Positions 46,834 through 56,317 of a DNA stretch of 64,000 bases are shown one piece after another (position 1 is the stretch's first letter; the number at the start of each line of letters is the position of its first letter). Source of the DNA: Candidatus Saccharimonadota bacterium (GTDB taxonomy: Bacteria; Patescibacteriota; Saccharimonadia; Saccharimonadales; Saccharimonadaceae). The stretch is taken from assembly GCA_030528025.1 (NCBI GenBank), contig JAUMZP010000002.1, positions 134,930 through 198,929 of the forward strand, written 5' to 3'. Position numbers and translations under genes: made by a program. The notes beneath the pieces are model-generated. The model was not told the DNA's origin and ran no database searches. It saw nothing but the letters and a program-made list of their open reading frames with translations.

Positions 46834-48077
46834 ACCAAGAAGGAACTATAGCGATCATAACAACCGGCCTCTTGCCGGTGCCTTCGGTGATGGGGGGTGC
46901 GGTAGAGAATCTGGTGCAGAACTTTATCGATGAGAACGAGCGGCAAGGCGGCCCTCGCCTCACGGTATATAGCACCACAACGCCAGATGCTATAGAAAAG
47001 GCTCAGGCGTACACGCATACAGACTTTGTCTTTATACACACCCCATGGGTTATCAGAGCAGCGGACTCTATACTCTACAGTGTATTCCGGCGCCTTGTCG
47101 ATACAAATAAGAGTGCGTCTTTGCGGGCAATCCTGCAGCGGCTGTATTTTTTGAGGAAGGTGTCAAGGCATATTGCTCGCAAAAACCATCGCAAAATACT
47201 GTTTGAGAATGCAATCATCCAGACGCACATCCTACGGTGGCACAAAAATCAGGAACGATACAAAGGTAGAGTCTATGTGCATATTCATAATGAAATAACT
47301 AACTTTTATAAGACATATAAGTATCTAGTAGATGCAAAAATTATCGTCGTGAGTAATTTCATCAAAGATAGCTTGATCGCTAAATCGGCGCAAAGTAATG
47401 AACGCAGCGGCCCACTACAAAACGTATCGGTACTCAAGAACGCAGTTGACAATACCCGGTTTACTGCAATGACAAGGAAGCGCGCGTCGAAGCTATTGCA
47501 TCAACAATATACCATCGATGCTTCAAGAAAGATCGTATTATTCAGTGGTAGACTGACGCCGGAGAAGGGGATTGATGTGTTGCTGCGGGCGCTTGATCGG
47601 GTGAAAGAACAAAATTACCAGCTGCTTGTGGTTGGTAGCTCGTTCTTTGGGACTGATATTAAAAACTTGTTCTTAAAGGAACTTCGCGACCTCACTGAGG
47701 CACATCGGGAGCACGTAACATTTACCGGATATATCGACTATGACAACATGCCGCTACTCTACCGCGGGTGTGACTTTGCCGTGTTGCCGTCGGTGTGTAA
47801 TGATGCTGCGCCATTAACGGTTATAGAATCGATTACAGCAGGCCTGCCGATGATCACAACAAACAGAGGTGGCATACCAGAATATGCATCAGACAAAGCA
47901 GCTATTCTCCTTGATACAGATGAGAACCTTGAGCAGTCTATAGCAAAAAATATAGAAAAACTTCTCAGAGAGGATGACACATTGCAAGCCATGAGTAAAG
48001 TAGGCAAAAGAGCCGCTAAAGATATGACACTATACAATTATTATAGAGGGCTCCTCGAGAAGCTGGGAGAAGAATAA
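46830..48077 (+). CDS. Glycosyltransferase family 4
   Basis: 'SGRLTPEKGIDVLLRAL' and 'LPSVCNDAAPLTVIESITAGLPMITT'. ATGA overlap with the previous gene. Confidence 0.8.
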   Translation: MNQEGTIAIITTGLLPVPSVMGGAVENLVQNFIDENERQGGPRLTVYSTTTPDAIEKAQAYTHTDFVFIHTPWVIRAADSILYSVFRRLVDTNKSASLRAILQRLYFLRKVSRHIARKNHRKILFENAIIQTHILRWHKNQERYKGRVYVHIHNEITNFYKTYKYLVDAKIIVVSNFIKDSLIAKSAQSNERSGPLQNVSVLKNAVDNTRFTAMTRKRASKLLHQQYTIDASRKIVLFSGRLTPEKGIDVLLRALDRVKEQNYQLLVVGSSFFGTDIKNLFLKELRDLTEAHREHVTFTGYIDYDNMPLLYRGCDFAVLPSVCNDAAPLTVIESITAGLPMITTNRGGIPEYASDKAAILLDTDENLEQSIAKNIEKLLREDDTLQAMSKVGKRAAKDMTLYNYYRGLLEKLGEE

Positions 48078-48084
48078 AAAATTT

Positions 48085-49206
48085 ATGAGCACACTACAAA
48101 AGCTAAATTTGAAAAAGATACTCGCGACCACGCTTGTGTTTGTGATGATCACGTACTATTACCTCTACGTAGTATCACCACAGTTGACGGCGTGGCTGCC
48201 TCTAGTGCTGATAATTGGCATTGTTCTATCGGGGATTATTCTGGTAGATTTTGCCATAACAAACAAGCTTACTAGGTGGCATTGTAAATACCTGCTCTTT
48301 TATATTGCGGTACTGGGAGTTTCAGTCATTTTTCAATGGCCAAATGTTGCATGGCTCGCACTAACTTCGAGCACGCTTTTGATCCTCAAGAGAGATGAGT
48401 TTATCAAGATATTTTTCTATACCTCGGTAGGGTTTTATCTCCTCGTGGTTGCTTTGGCGCTCTTAGGGATGTTGCCCATGGTGTATGTTGGGTTTGATGG
48501 TAATGAATCACAGCGGTATGGATTTGCAAAATACTCGCTTGGGTTTGACGGGCCAAACCAAGCGTCGTTGTCATTCTTCCCAATACTGCTCAGCGGTATG
48601 TATCTCTATGGTACTCGCCGGGTGTTTACGGGTATTGCTTTGATTGCTTGTATCGCTGTTGGTATTCTGACTGGTAGTCGCATGGGCCTCTTGCTGAGCC
48701 TTGCCTTTATTCCAACCTATAGGCTACTACTCCACAAGCATGGTGAGCGCAAGAAAAGCACCATAGCATCATATTTGTTTATTCTTGGCCTTCTTGTATC
48801 GTGCATTGGTGCGGCACTGTTTGTTGATAATGACCTAGCAAATAGGGTTATGTCTGGCAGGCCAAAGTTGATTGACCAATATCTGCAATCAGAATACACT
48901 CCATCAGTATTTGGATCGGATGAGGTGTACAATAAGGCCCAGTACGGGACACCTCCGGTCGATAACTTCCCGGTATATATATATGCTCGCTATGGCGTCA
49001 TTGGCTTTATTATATTTGCCTTCGTCTTTTGGCAGGGGATGCGGCGAGAACGCTCGACGAAGATGTATATTCTATTCTTATTCATCATCCTGTATGGATT
49101 TGCAGAAGCCTTCTTCGATATTGCAGCAAAGAACTTCATCTTGCCGATCCTCATGGTTTCACTATTTCAGAAAGGAGCTTTGTATGAGCAGCAAGACACT
49201 CGTTAG
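48085..49206 (+). CDS. Wzy-type polysaccharide polymerase / O-antigen-ligase-family membrane protein
   Basis: About 10 TM helices with a large loop, placed in a Wzx/Wzy locus. Confidence 0.55.
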   Translation: MSTLQKLNLKKILATTLVFVMITYYYLYVVSPQLTAWLPLVLIIGIVLSGIILVDFAITNKLTRWHCKYLLFYIAVLGVSVIFQWPNVAWLALTSSTLLILKRDEFIKIFFYTSVGFYLLVVALALLGMLPMVYVGFDGNESQRYGFAKYSLGFDGPNQASLSFFPILLSGMYLYGTRRVFTGIALIACIAVGILTGSRMGLLLSLAFIPTYRLLLHKHGERKKSTIASYLFILGLLVSCIGAALFVDNDLANRVMSGRPKLIDQYLQSEYTPSVFGSDEVYNKAQYGTPPVDNFPVYIYARYGVIGFIIFAFVFWQGMRRERSTKMYILFLFIILYGFAEAFFDIAAKNFILPILMVSLFQKGALYEQQDTR

Positions 49207-50179
49207 TATTGTTATACCGGTCTACAATATGGAGCAATACCTCAGTCAATGCATCGATAGTGTTATTGCTCAAACATACCGCGCGCTAGAGATCATCATC
49301 ATCAATGATGGCTCATCAGATAGATCGCTTGATATTGCTTATGATCTTGCCCGGAAAGATCAGAGGATTGTCGTTGTTGATAAGCCAAATGGTGGCGTGA
49401 GCTCGGCACGAAACGAAGGTATTGAGCGAATGCAGGGAAGTTACGTTACCTTCGTTGATGCAGATGATTCAATCCACCCAACGTATATTGAGAATCTTCT
49501 GGTTGATGCACAAGCGACTGATGCCGATATAGTGAGCACACCAAAGCACTTGCTTGGTGATGCAGAGCGGCAGGACTTCTTGGATGCGACTATCCCAGTT
49601 GTTGCGTCGGCGTCGGTCTTTACTCGCACTGAGGCATTAACCGCACTATATAATGGACGGCTCGAGAAGGGTAACAATGGCTGCCAACTGTACAAAACAG
49701 AGATTATTACGAGCAATAATATCAGGTTTGATTCTCAGATGGCGATAGGGGAGGATTTTGATTTTTTGGCCCGCGCGATTATATCGACGCGCTGTATTGC
49801 GGTTGACAATCGCAACCTCTATTACTATCGAGCTAACCCGACAAGTGCCGTTCATCAGGAGTTTAACATTCGGCACTACCAAGCAATTGAGAATATGCAA
49901 AAGACAGGCAGAGCACTCCGCAATCCACCAAAGAAACTCGTTCAGGCGATGGATAACAATCTATTTGTCGCCTCGGCATCATACGGTGCATTGATGTATG
50001 CAAGCCGCAAAAAATTCCCAAGAGAATTTGACGAAATCAAACGTACCGTTCGGCGGCTCAAGTGGGGCACACTATTGAGCCGAGACGTCAAGCATAGTGG
50101 TCGAATACGGGCGGCACTGATTATTTGTCTTGGTACCAACCTTGGGTTTATTGCAATTAGAAAATTGATAAAAATCTAA
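49184..50179 (+). CDS. Glycosyltransferase family 2
   Basis: 'VSIVIPVYNMEQYL', 'IIINDGSSD' and 'VTFVDADD' (DXD). The start at 49184 is preferred over the track start at 48872. Confidence 0.85.
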   Translation: MSSKTLVSIVIPVYNMEQYLSQCIDSVIAQTYRALEIIIINDGSSDRSLDIAYDLARKDQRIVVVDKPNGGVSSARNEGIERMQGSYVTFVDADDSIHPTYIENLLVDAQATDADIVSTPKHLLGDAERQDFLDATIPVVASASVFTRTEALTALYNGRLEKGNNGCQLYKTEIITSNNIRFDSQMAIGEDFDFLARAIISTRCIAVDNRNLYYYRANPTSAVHQEFNIRHYQAIENMQKTGRALRNPPKKLVQAMDNNLFVASASYGALMYASRKKFPREFDEIKRTVRRLKWGTLLSRDVKHSGRIRAALIICLGTNLGFIAIRKLIKI

Positions 50180-50196
50180 AAGACGAGGATATTCTT

Positions 50197-51333
50197 ATGA
50201 AAAAAGTCGGTATTATCACCTTTCATCGTTCGCATAATTGTGGGTCTATTATGCAAGCATATGCACTGCAAAAAGTCTTGCAAACGCGGTATGGCATTGC
50301 GCCCGAATTCATCGATTTCTCGAGCCCTGGTCAGCAAAAGCTCTACTCAGTCTTTAGTGGAGACAACAGTGCAAAGGGTATGCTGCGTAATGTCGGGCGG
50401 GCATTTATCTACAACCGGCTCAAGAAGAATCAGGCGAGCTACGATAGGTACATCAAGAAGCATCTGAGGCTATCTAGCCACGCATTTACCACCAACAAAG
50501 AATTGCAAGAGGCTCATTTTGCGTACGATGCGTATATTGCGGGGAGTGACCAGGTGTGGAATATAATGATTGATGATTATGATCCTGCCTATTTCTTGAA
50601 TTTTGTTGAAAAAAAGAAGCCAAAGATATCATACGCGGCCTCATTTGGTGCACGGCGAGTAAGTAGCAACACTAATCATCCCGAAACAATTCGTGATATG
50701 ATACAGGACTTCAACTACATCTCGGTCAGAGAGCCAAATGGACAAAAATGGCTAGCCGAAGATTTTGCAATCAAAAGCACCGTGGTTCTCGACCCAACGT
50801 TACTCATTGATGGGAGCGATTATCGCGATGGAGAAGAGCGACCAGCAGAGTATATCAAGAAGGACTATATCTTTATTTACGCAGTGAGTGTGTCGCGTAA
50901 GTTTGAACAACGGATACAGCAACTCGCACGAGAAGAAGGGCTCAAGATTGTTATATGGCAGCCTGATACGTGGCTCAAAATGAAAGGGGCAGCAAAGGGT
51001 TATATGCTACCAAAAGATGAGAACCCAGGGAAATACTTATGGTATATACGTCATGCCAAATATGTCTTTACGGCGTCTTTCCATGGTGTGATATTTTGTG
51101 CCCAGTATAGAAAGAATTTCTGGATCTTGTACAATAAAGGAATGAATTATGACAAAGACGATCGTATTCTTTCGCTCGTGGATAGCCTTGCATTGTCAGA
51201 TCGGCTTCTGCCGGAAGATGATACAGAAAAGAATTTACGATCTGCCGTTGATTATACAGCCTACGAAAAAAACCTTGCCAAGAGGCGTCAGCAATCATTT
51301 GAGTTTCTTGACAAGGCGGTAAAAAACATATGA
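50197..51333 (+). CDS. Polysaccharide pyruvyl transferase family protein
   Basis: N-terminus 'KKVGIITFHRSHNCGSIMQAYALQKVL' matches the PS_pyruv_trans signature 'iLtfHrahNyGavLQayALq'. Confidence 0.65.
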   Translation: MKKVGIITFHRSHNCGSIMQAYALQKVLQTRYGIAPEFIDFSSPGQQKLYSVFSGDNSAKGMLRNVGRAFIYNRLKKNQASYDRYIKKHLRLSSHAFTTNKELQEAHFAYDAYIAGSDQVWNIMIDDYDPAYFLNFVEKKKPKISYAASFGARRVSSNTNHPETIRDMIQDFNYISVREPNGQKWLAEDFAIKSTVVLDPTLLIDGSDYRDGEERPAEYIKKDYIFIYAVSVSRKFEQRIQQLAREEGLKIVIWQPDTWLKMKGAAKGYMLPKDENPGKYLWYIRHAKYVFTASFHGVIFCAQYRKNFWILYNKGMNYDKDDRILSLVDSLALSDRLLPEDDTEKNLRSAVDYTAYEKNLAKRRQQSFEFLDKAVKNI

Positions 51334-52766
51334 GCAGATCTGCCGAGCTAATAAAAAACACCGCGCTCCTCACTATTAGCAAGATCACGACGCAGGCCGT
51401 AGCGTTCTTGCTTGTTCCTCTGTATACATTTTATTTGTCCGCAAGTGACTATGGGCAGGTTGACCTTATCTTGACGTATATTGCTTTGTTTGCGCCGATA
51501 TTATCGGTTCAACTGGAGTTTGCAGCATTTCGGTTTGCGATCGATTCGCGCAATGATGCGGATAGGCTCAGTAGTATTCTATCAACGATATTTAAAATAG
51601 TTCTGCCTATAACAGGACTAGCTATTGCTTTGTTAGCTATAGGGTCGCTGTTTGTTGCTATCCCGTATTTGATTCTTGTGTGTCTCAATATTGTTCTCTC
51701 TATCGTATCTGCGGTGCTACTGCAATTTACGCGAGGAGTTGGTGATGCAAAGCATTTTTCTATCGCGAGCATACTCATTGGCGTGGTGAGTACACTATGC
51801 TCCTTTGTCTTTGTTGCGGTCATGCGGCTACCTGCCTTTAGTTTGATGATATCATTAGTGCTCGCGAATTTAGTAGGCATAGGCTACCTGTTAGTGACTA
51901 TTCGGCGCAAGAAACGCATTCGCTTGCTACACGGCGAGACGCACCAATCGTTGCGCTCGGATATGCTGCGGTATGCTATTCCACTTTTGCCAAATAATAT
52001 CGCATGGTGGGTGCTCAATGTCTCAGACAGGACTATTATTTCGATGTTTATTGGTGCGGCGGCAAATGGTATGTATGCGATTGCGAATAAATTTGCATTT
52101 GTCCCAAGTATATTGTTTGGCATATTTAGTATGAGTTGGAGCGAATCTGCCTCGATTCATATTACTTCGCAAGATAGAGATGCATTCTTTTCGAAGGTGT
52201 CTGACATGTGTTTGCGGCTATACTCATTTGCAACAGTGGTGTATGTGTTGGTGATAGATATATTTTATTCACGAATCGTTGGCGCAGAGTATGCGGATGC
52301 GCATGGCTTAACACCCATCTTGGCGATAGGGGCGTTCTTCCAGGCGATCCTTGGCAACTACTCTGCGATATACATTGCTAAGAAAAAGACAAAAGAGGTT
52401 GCCAATAGCTCCCTTGCGGCGGCAGTAATTAACATCGTCGTCAACCTTGCTTTGGTAGGTGTTATTGGTGTGTATGCTTCGGCACTCTCGACTGCTATAG
52501 CCTTTGCTTGCATGGCAGTGATACGGCATATTCATGTCCAACGGTATGTTAAGGTGCGCTATCGTGCACAAAGCATTATATGCTCTGGAGCTGTATTAAT
52601 AGCTGGGGGGATTATCTACTATACTCATGTGCCAAAGATCGTATCTATAGTAGCCTGTGTGGTTGCGATGCTCGTCGGTATTGTTTGCACAAAGGATCTC
52701 TTCGCAAAGATGCCCGTCAAAAAATACTTTCGCAAAAACCTAGACAAGATGCTCCATCATAAATAA
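51330..52766 (+). CDS. Wzx-type oligosaccharide flippase (MOP/polysaccharide biosynthesis protein family)
   Basis: 478 aa with about 14 TM helices. ATGA overlap with the upstream gene. Confidence 0.75.
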   Translation: MSRSAELIKNTALLTISKITTQAVAFLLVPLYTFYLSASDYGQVDLILTYIALFAPILSVQLEFAAFRFAIDSRNDADRLSSILSTIFKIVLPITGLAIALLAIGSLFVAIPYLILVCLNIVLSIVSAVLLQFTRGVGDAKHFSIASILIGVVSTLCSFVFVAVMRLPAFSLMISLVLANLVGIGYLLVTIRRKKRIRLLHGETHQSLRSDMLRYAIPLLPNNIAWWVLNVSDRTIISMFIGAAANGMYAIANKFAFVPSILFGIFSMSWSESASIHITSQDRDAFFSKVSDMCLRLYSFATVVYVLVIDIFYSRIVGAEYADAHGLTPILAIGAFFQAILGNYSAIYIAKKKTKEVANSSLAAAVINIVVNLALVGVIGVYASALSTAIAFACMAVIRHIHVQRYVKVRYRAQSIICSGAVLIAGGIIYYTHVPKIVSIVACVVAMLVGIVCTKDLFAKMPVKKYFRKNLDKMLHHK

Positions 52767-52776
52767 TATATGCTAT

Positions 52777-53253
52777 ATGATAAGTAGAAAGCAGAAAACA
52801 GCCACTATACTTAATTACGTGATTGTTTGTGGCTGGGCTTTAGTTATCTTCATCCTCTCCAATCAACCCGCCGCCGTCTCTAGCGGGCAGAGTGGGGGGA
52901 TTGTTGGGTATTTGCAGCAGGCTATGCCAGGGGTAAGTACGGCTATCTTAACGTTTCTTGTGCGCAAGAGTGCTCATATTATTGCTTATTTTGTCCTTGG
53001 TATATTGATGTATCGTGCACTGCGTATCACTATACGCCGCTGGCGAACGCGCACTGTAGCGAGCTTTGCTTTGCTCAGCTGCAGTCTCTATGCAGTGACA
53101 GACGAGATTCATCAGCTCTTCGTACCGGGGCGCAGTGGCGAATTGCGCGATGTCATGATCGATAGCATAGCGGCACTGGTGGGAGTGGGGCTGTGCGTGT
53201 GGTTGATGCGTCGATGGGCATTGCGCAAGAGCATAGTCACGAGCAATCAATGA
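52777..53253 (+). CDS. VanZ-family membrane protein
   Basis: 4 TM helices and the 'DEIHQLFVPGRSGELRDVMIDSIAALVG' VanZ motif. Confidence 0.7.
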   Translation: MISRKQKTATILNYVIVCGWALVIFILSNQPAAVSSGQSGGIVGYLQQAMPGVSTAILTFLVRKSAHIIAYFVLGILMYRALRITIRRWRTRTVASFALLSCSLYAVTDEIHQLFVPGRSGELRDVMIDSIAALVGVGLCVWLMRRWALRKSIVTSNQ

Positions 53254-54396
53254 CGGCATGATAGAATATACGCACTCGCAATTGTTTGCAAGAGACTCGT
53301 GTACATTTATATGTTATTTTCTGCGGCAAGTCAGGTAGTAGATGAGATGATGTCTGTGGGTTACAAGCAATGAGTGGTGAGATGCATGGTTTGGTTGCAA
53401 TATATAAAATTAGGCAGCAATCTCGAACAAAAATCCCAAAAAATGAAACAAACGTTTGCTAATTGTTCGATATAGTGCTACACTGTTGTAGGGGTACTGA
53501 TAAGGTACTTCGAACACATGTTAGCACAGAGGTAGCTATGGGTTAGGCTACTGGTGCAGCGATCAGCCGTGGGCGCTATCGCCAGTTGGCAATGGGTTTG
53601 CCAGAGGTCTCCACCAAGGTGGATAGGCGCGATGGGTGATCATTCCTCCTCTTTTGCTCATGAGCGAGCCATTATGTTTGCGTTTCTCTCGGAGAGAAAG
53701 CGCCTTGTTCTAAGCCAAGCTTAGCGTTATTTCCTTTTTCGCTAGCAAGATACCGCAGTAGATGACGCTGCGGTATTACTATATGTACACTAATGGTCGT
53801 ATCTTTGGGAAGCTCTTTTGCGAGAGATAGATAATCTTACTTGCCCTGGTAGCGCCGGACAATTGGTGCTACAGAATACAATGCCATAGGTAGGACGAGA
53901 AGCTCACCATCTTGCCCAAGCCGGTACAATATGCCAGCCGCCACAAGATGAAGCACGACGATTCCTGCCGTCAGCCACGGCAAGAAAGCTCGTGGTATGC
54001 ACGGCGCAAACAAGAGATAGAGAATACCGCCAAAGCAGTCGAGTGCCAATGCGAGATGTAAGAGGGATGGTGTCACAGTGTTAGACTCCTTATAGTAAAG
54101 TGATGTTATAGCCTAGCATACTGTGATTACATGGTGCTGTCAAATGATCGGTAGATAAATACCATAGTCTTTGCTTTTTTGCTTATCCTGCTTTTCACGC
54201 CATTTTTGCAAACGGCGTATGAGGATAGGCTGCTCCAATCTATTTTTTGGACTCTGATGTGGGGTGGCTAATAGAGAGTAGCTATCAGTGTTCTGGGGGG
54301 TAATGAAAGGAGTGAAATTGGCCAAAATACTCGGTTTATCGTATATGTATACTCACCTAAGTGATGCCACTTGTGTTTAACTATTTTGCATTATGC

Positions 54397-54405
54397 TGCT
54401 ATAAT
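54397..54405 (+). promoter_or_regulatory. Extended -10 box TGCTATAAT, 9 nt upstream of the pyk ATG (leaderless)
   Basis: Exact TGCTATAAT. ATG at 54415. Confidence 0.55.
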
Positions 54406-54414
54406 ATGTACGCA

Positions 54415-55845
54415 ATGAATAATTCTACAAAACGTACAAAGATACTGGCTACTCTGGGGCCAGCTACCAACACACCAGAGAAAATAGAAGCTTTGATCCG
54501 GGCGGGTGCCAACGGCTTTCGCCTCAACTTTAGCCACGGCTCGTACGAAGAGCGGCTTGACCAAATTGCGTGGATTCGTAAGGCGAGTGCCACTGTTGGT
54601 CGCACCGTCGCGATTTTGCAAGACTTGCAAGGGCCAAAGATTCGCCTCGGCGTACTCAAGGATAACCACTTCGACATTGCGGCAGGCGATGAAATTATCC
54701 TCGACCATGCAGTGGAAGAGCACAATGGCAGCAATCGTCTGCCCATTCAGTACAACCTTGCCGACAAGGTCAAGGTAGGTGAGCCTGTCTACCTCTTCGA
54801 TGGTAAATTGCGCGGTGAGATGACCGAGCGCGTTAGCGACACCGCTATCAAGGTACGCCTGAGTAATGATGGCTTCTTGATGAGCCGCAAGGGGCTCAAC
54901 CTGCCAGACACCGACTTTGGTGGTGACATTCTGACACCAAAGGACCTGGCTGATGTCGAGTTTGGGGCAGATAAAGATATTGATTTCGTAGCACTGAGCT
55001 TTATCCAGAGCGCGGAGGATATCAACAACCTACGCCAGATTTTGCTGAGCCATGGTTCGACTGCGCAGATCATTGCCAAGGTCGAGACCAAGGCGGCTAT
55101 CGAGCCAGAAACACTCAAGGAAATCGTCAAGGCTGCTGATGGTGTGATGGTTGCTCGCGGTGACCTCGCGGTCGAGACGAGCCCAGAGATTGTGCCTATC
55201 GTTGAGCGCGAAATTATCCGCCTCTGCCGCAAGTATGGCAAGCTCTCGATTGTTGCGACACAGATGCTAGCCAGTATGGTCGATAACCCCGAGCCAACCC
55301 GGGCTGAGGTAAGTGACGTTGCAACTGCTGCCATCCTCGGAACAGATGCCGTGATGCTTTCTGACGAGACGGCCAATGGTGACTACCCAGTTGAGGCTGT
55401 TAAGATGATGGCCGATACCGTGCGCTACACTCAGTCGCGCTGGCCGATGAATGACATGCCCATCAAGGAGGGCCGCACCAACCGCCGACTCAATGCGATT
55501 GCTCATGCTGCCGTTGATGTTGCTCACAAAGTTGATGCAACAGTGATCGTTGCTGAGACACGCTCGGGTGCGACTGCTGCACGTATTGCTGCTTGCCGTC
55601 CAGAATTGCCAATCGTCGCTGTGGCGCCAGATGCCCGCGTAGCGCAGCAGCTTGCACTGTCGTATGCAACGCGCAGCTTCGTCCGGCCCGACAGCCAGCA
55701 GCTGGGGAGTGACCTCACGCGCGAGCTACTCAGCCAAGGTGCCTTTGGTGATGTATCATCGGTGACTGCCGTCATCATCAGTGGTTGCCAGCCTGGCGCA
55801 ACTGGTGGAACAGATACGCTGAGCGTCCGCACCTTCGAGCGCTAG
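54415..55845 (+). CDS. pyk: Pyruvate kinase
   Basis: 'RTKILATLGPAT', 'GANGFRLNFSHG' and 'MVARGDLAVE'. Confidence 0.92.
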   Translation: MNNSTKRTKILATLGPATNTPEKIEALIRAGANGFRLNFSHGSYEERLDQIAWIRKASATVGRTVAILQDLQGPKIRLGVLKDNHFDIAAGDEIILDHAVEEHNGSNRLPIQYNLADKVKVGEPVYLFDGKLRGEMTERVSDTAIKVRLSNDGFLMSRKGLNLPDTDFGGDILTPKDLADVEFGADKDIDFVALSFIQSAEDINNLRQILLSHGSTAQIIAKVETKAAIEPETLKEIVKAADGVMVARGDLAVETSPEIVPIVEREIIRLCRKYGKLSIVATQMLASMVDNPEPTRAEVSDVATAAILGTDAVMLSDETANGDYPVEAVKMMADTVRYTQSRWPMNDMPIKEGRTNRRLNAIAHAAVDVAHKVDATVIVAETRSGATAARIAACRPELPIVAVAPDARVAQQLALSYATRSFVRPDSQQLGSDLTRELLSQGAFGDVSSVTAVIISGCQPGATGGTDTLSVRTFER

Positions 55846-55869
55846 ACCCGCTAGAACACCCTATAGAAG

Positions 55870-55901
55870 CACCCGCCTATCACTACGGTGGGTGTTTTTA
55901 T
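55870..55901 (+). terminator. Intrinsic terminator after pyk
   Basis: Stem CACCCGCC/GGTGGGTG followed by TTTTTATT. Confidence 0.6.
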
Positions 55902-56317
55902 TGGTGAAGGCAAGGTAATTGTTTTTACTTCGCATACTGTACTGTTGTATATAATACAGCGTATATGAAAAAGTACTGTAAAAATAACATCATGTAGGAA
56001 GAGTACCTTTTGCAAAAATATCAGCCAATCGACCAGAGGTAGACTATTGCCTAGAGTGCAACACGATGGTATGAATAGGGCAATCAGTGCATCGATACTT
56101 CGCACCAAATGAGCAAGGTGAGTTGCACCACAATGTCAAATAAGCTACACTAGAGAAAACAACATAAGCGATACATTGTGGGCATACGATTGATCAACAA
56201 CCAAGGTAGTATCCAAAACTCGATACGAGGCTTCGGTTCGTTGTATCAGGGTGTGGACTGGTGTGCACCACACAAAAACTGTAGTGTTTATATAAAAACA
56301 AACAAAGGAAACCGTTC

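Noticed and set aside
48872-49183. Long upstream extension of the GT2 glycosyltransferase ORF (track start 48872)
   Set aside because: The extension overlaps the Wzy-like gene in another frame. The Met at 49184 gives the canonical GT2 N-terminus 'VSIVIPVYN' and a 23-nt overlap typical of this operon.
53490-53780. Attempt to assign the structured non-coding segment to tmRNA, RNase P, SRP RNA or 6S RNA
   Set aside because: No match by eye to the conserved cores (for example the tmRNA tRNA-like 3' end, RNase P 'AGGAAAGUCCGGGC', or the SRP domain IV GGAA/GCAGCC). It is kept only as an unclassified candidate in the findings.
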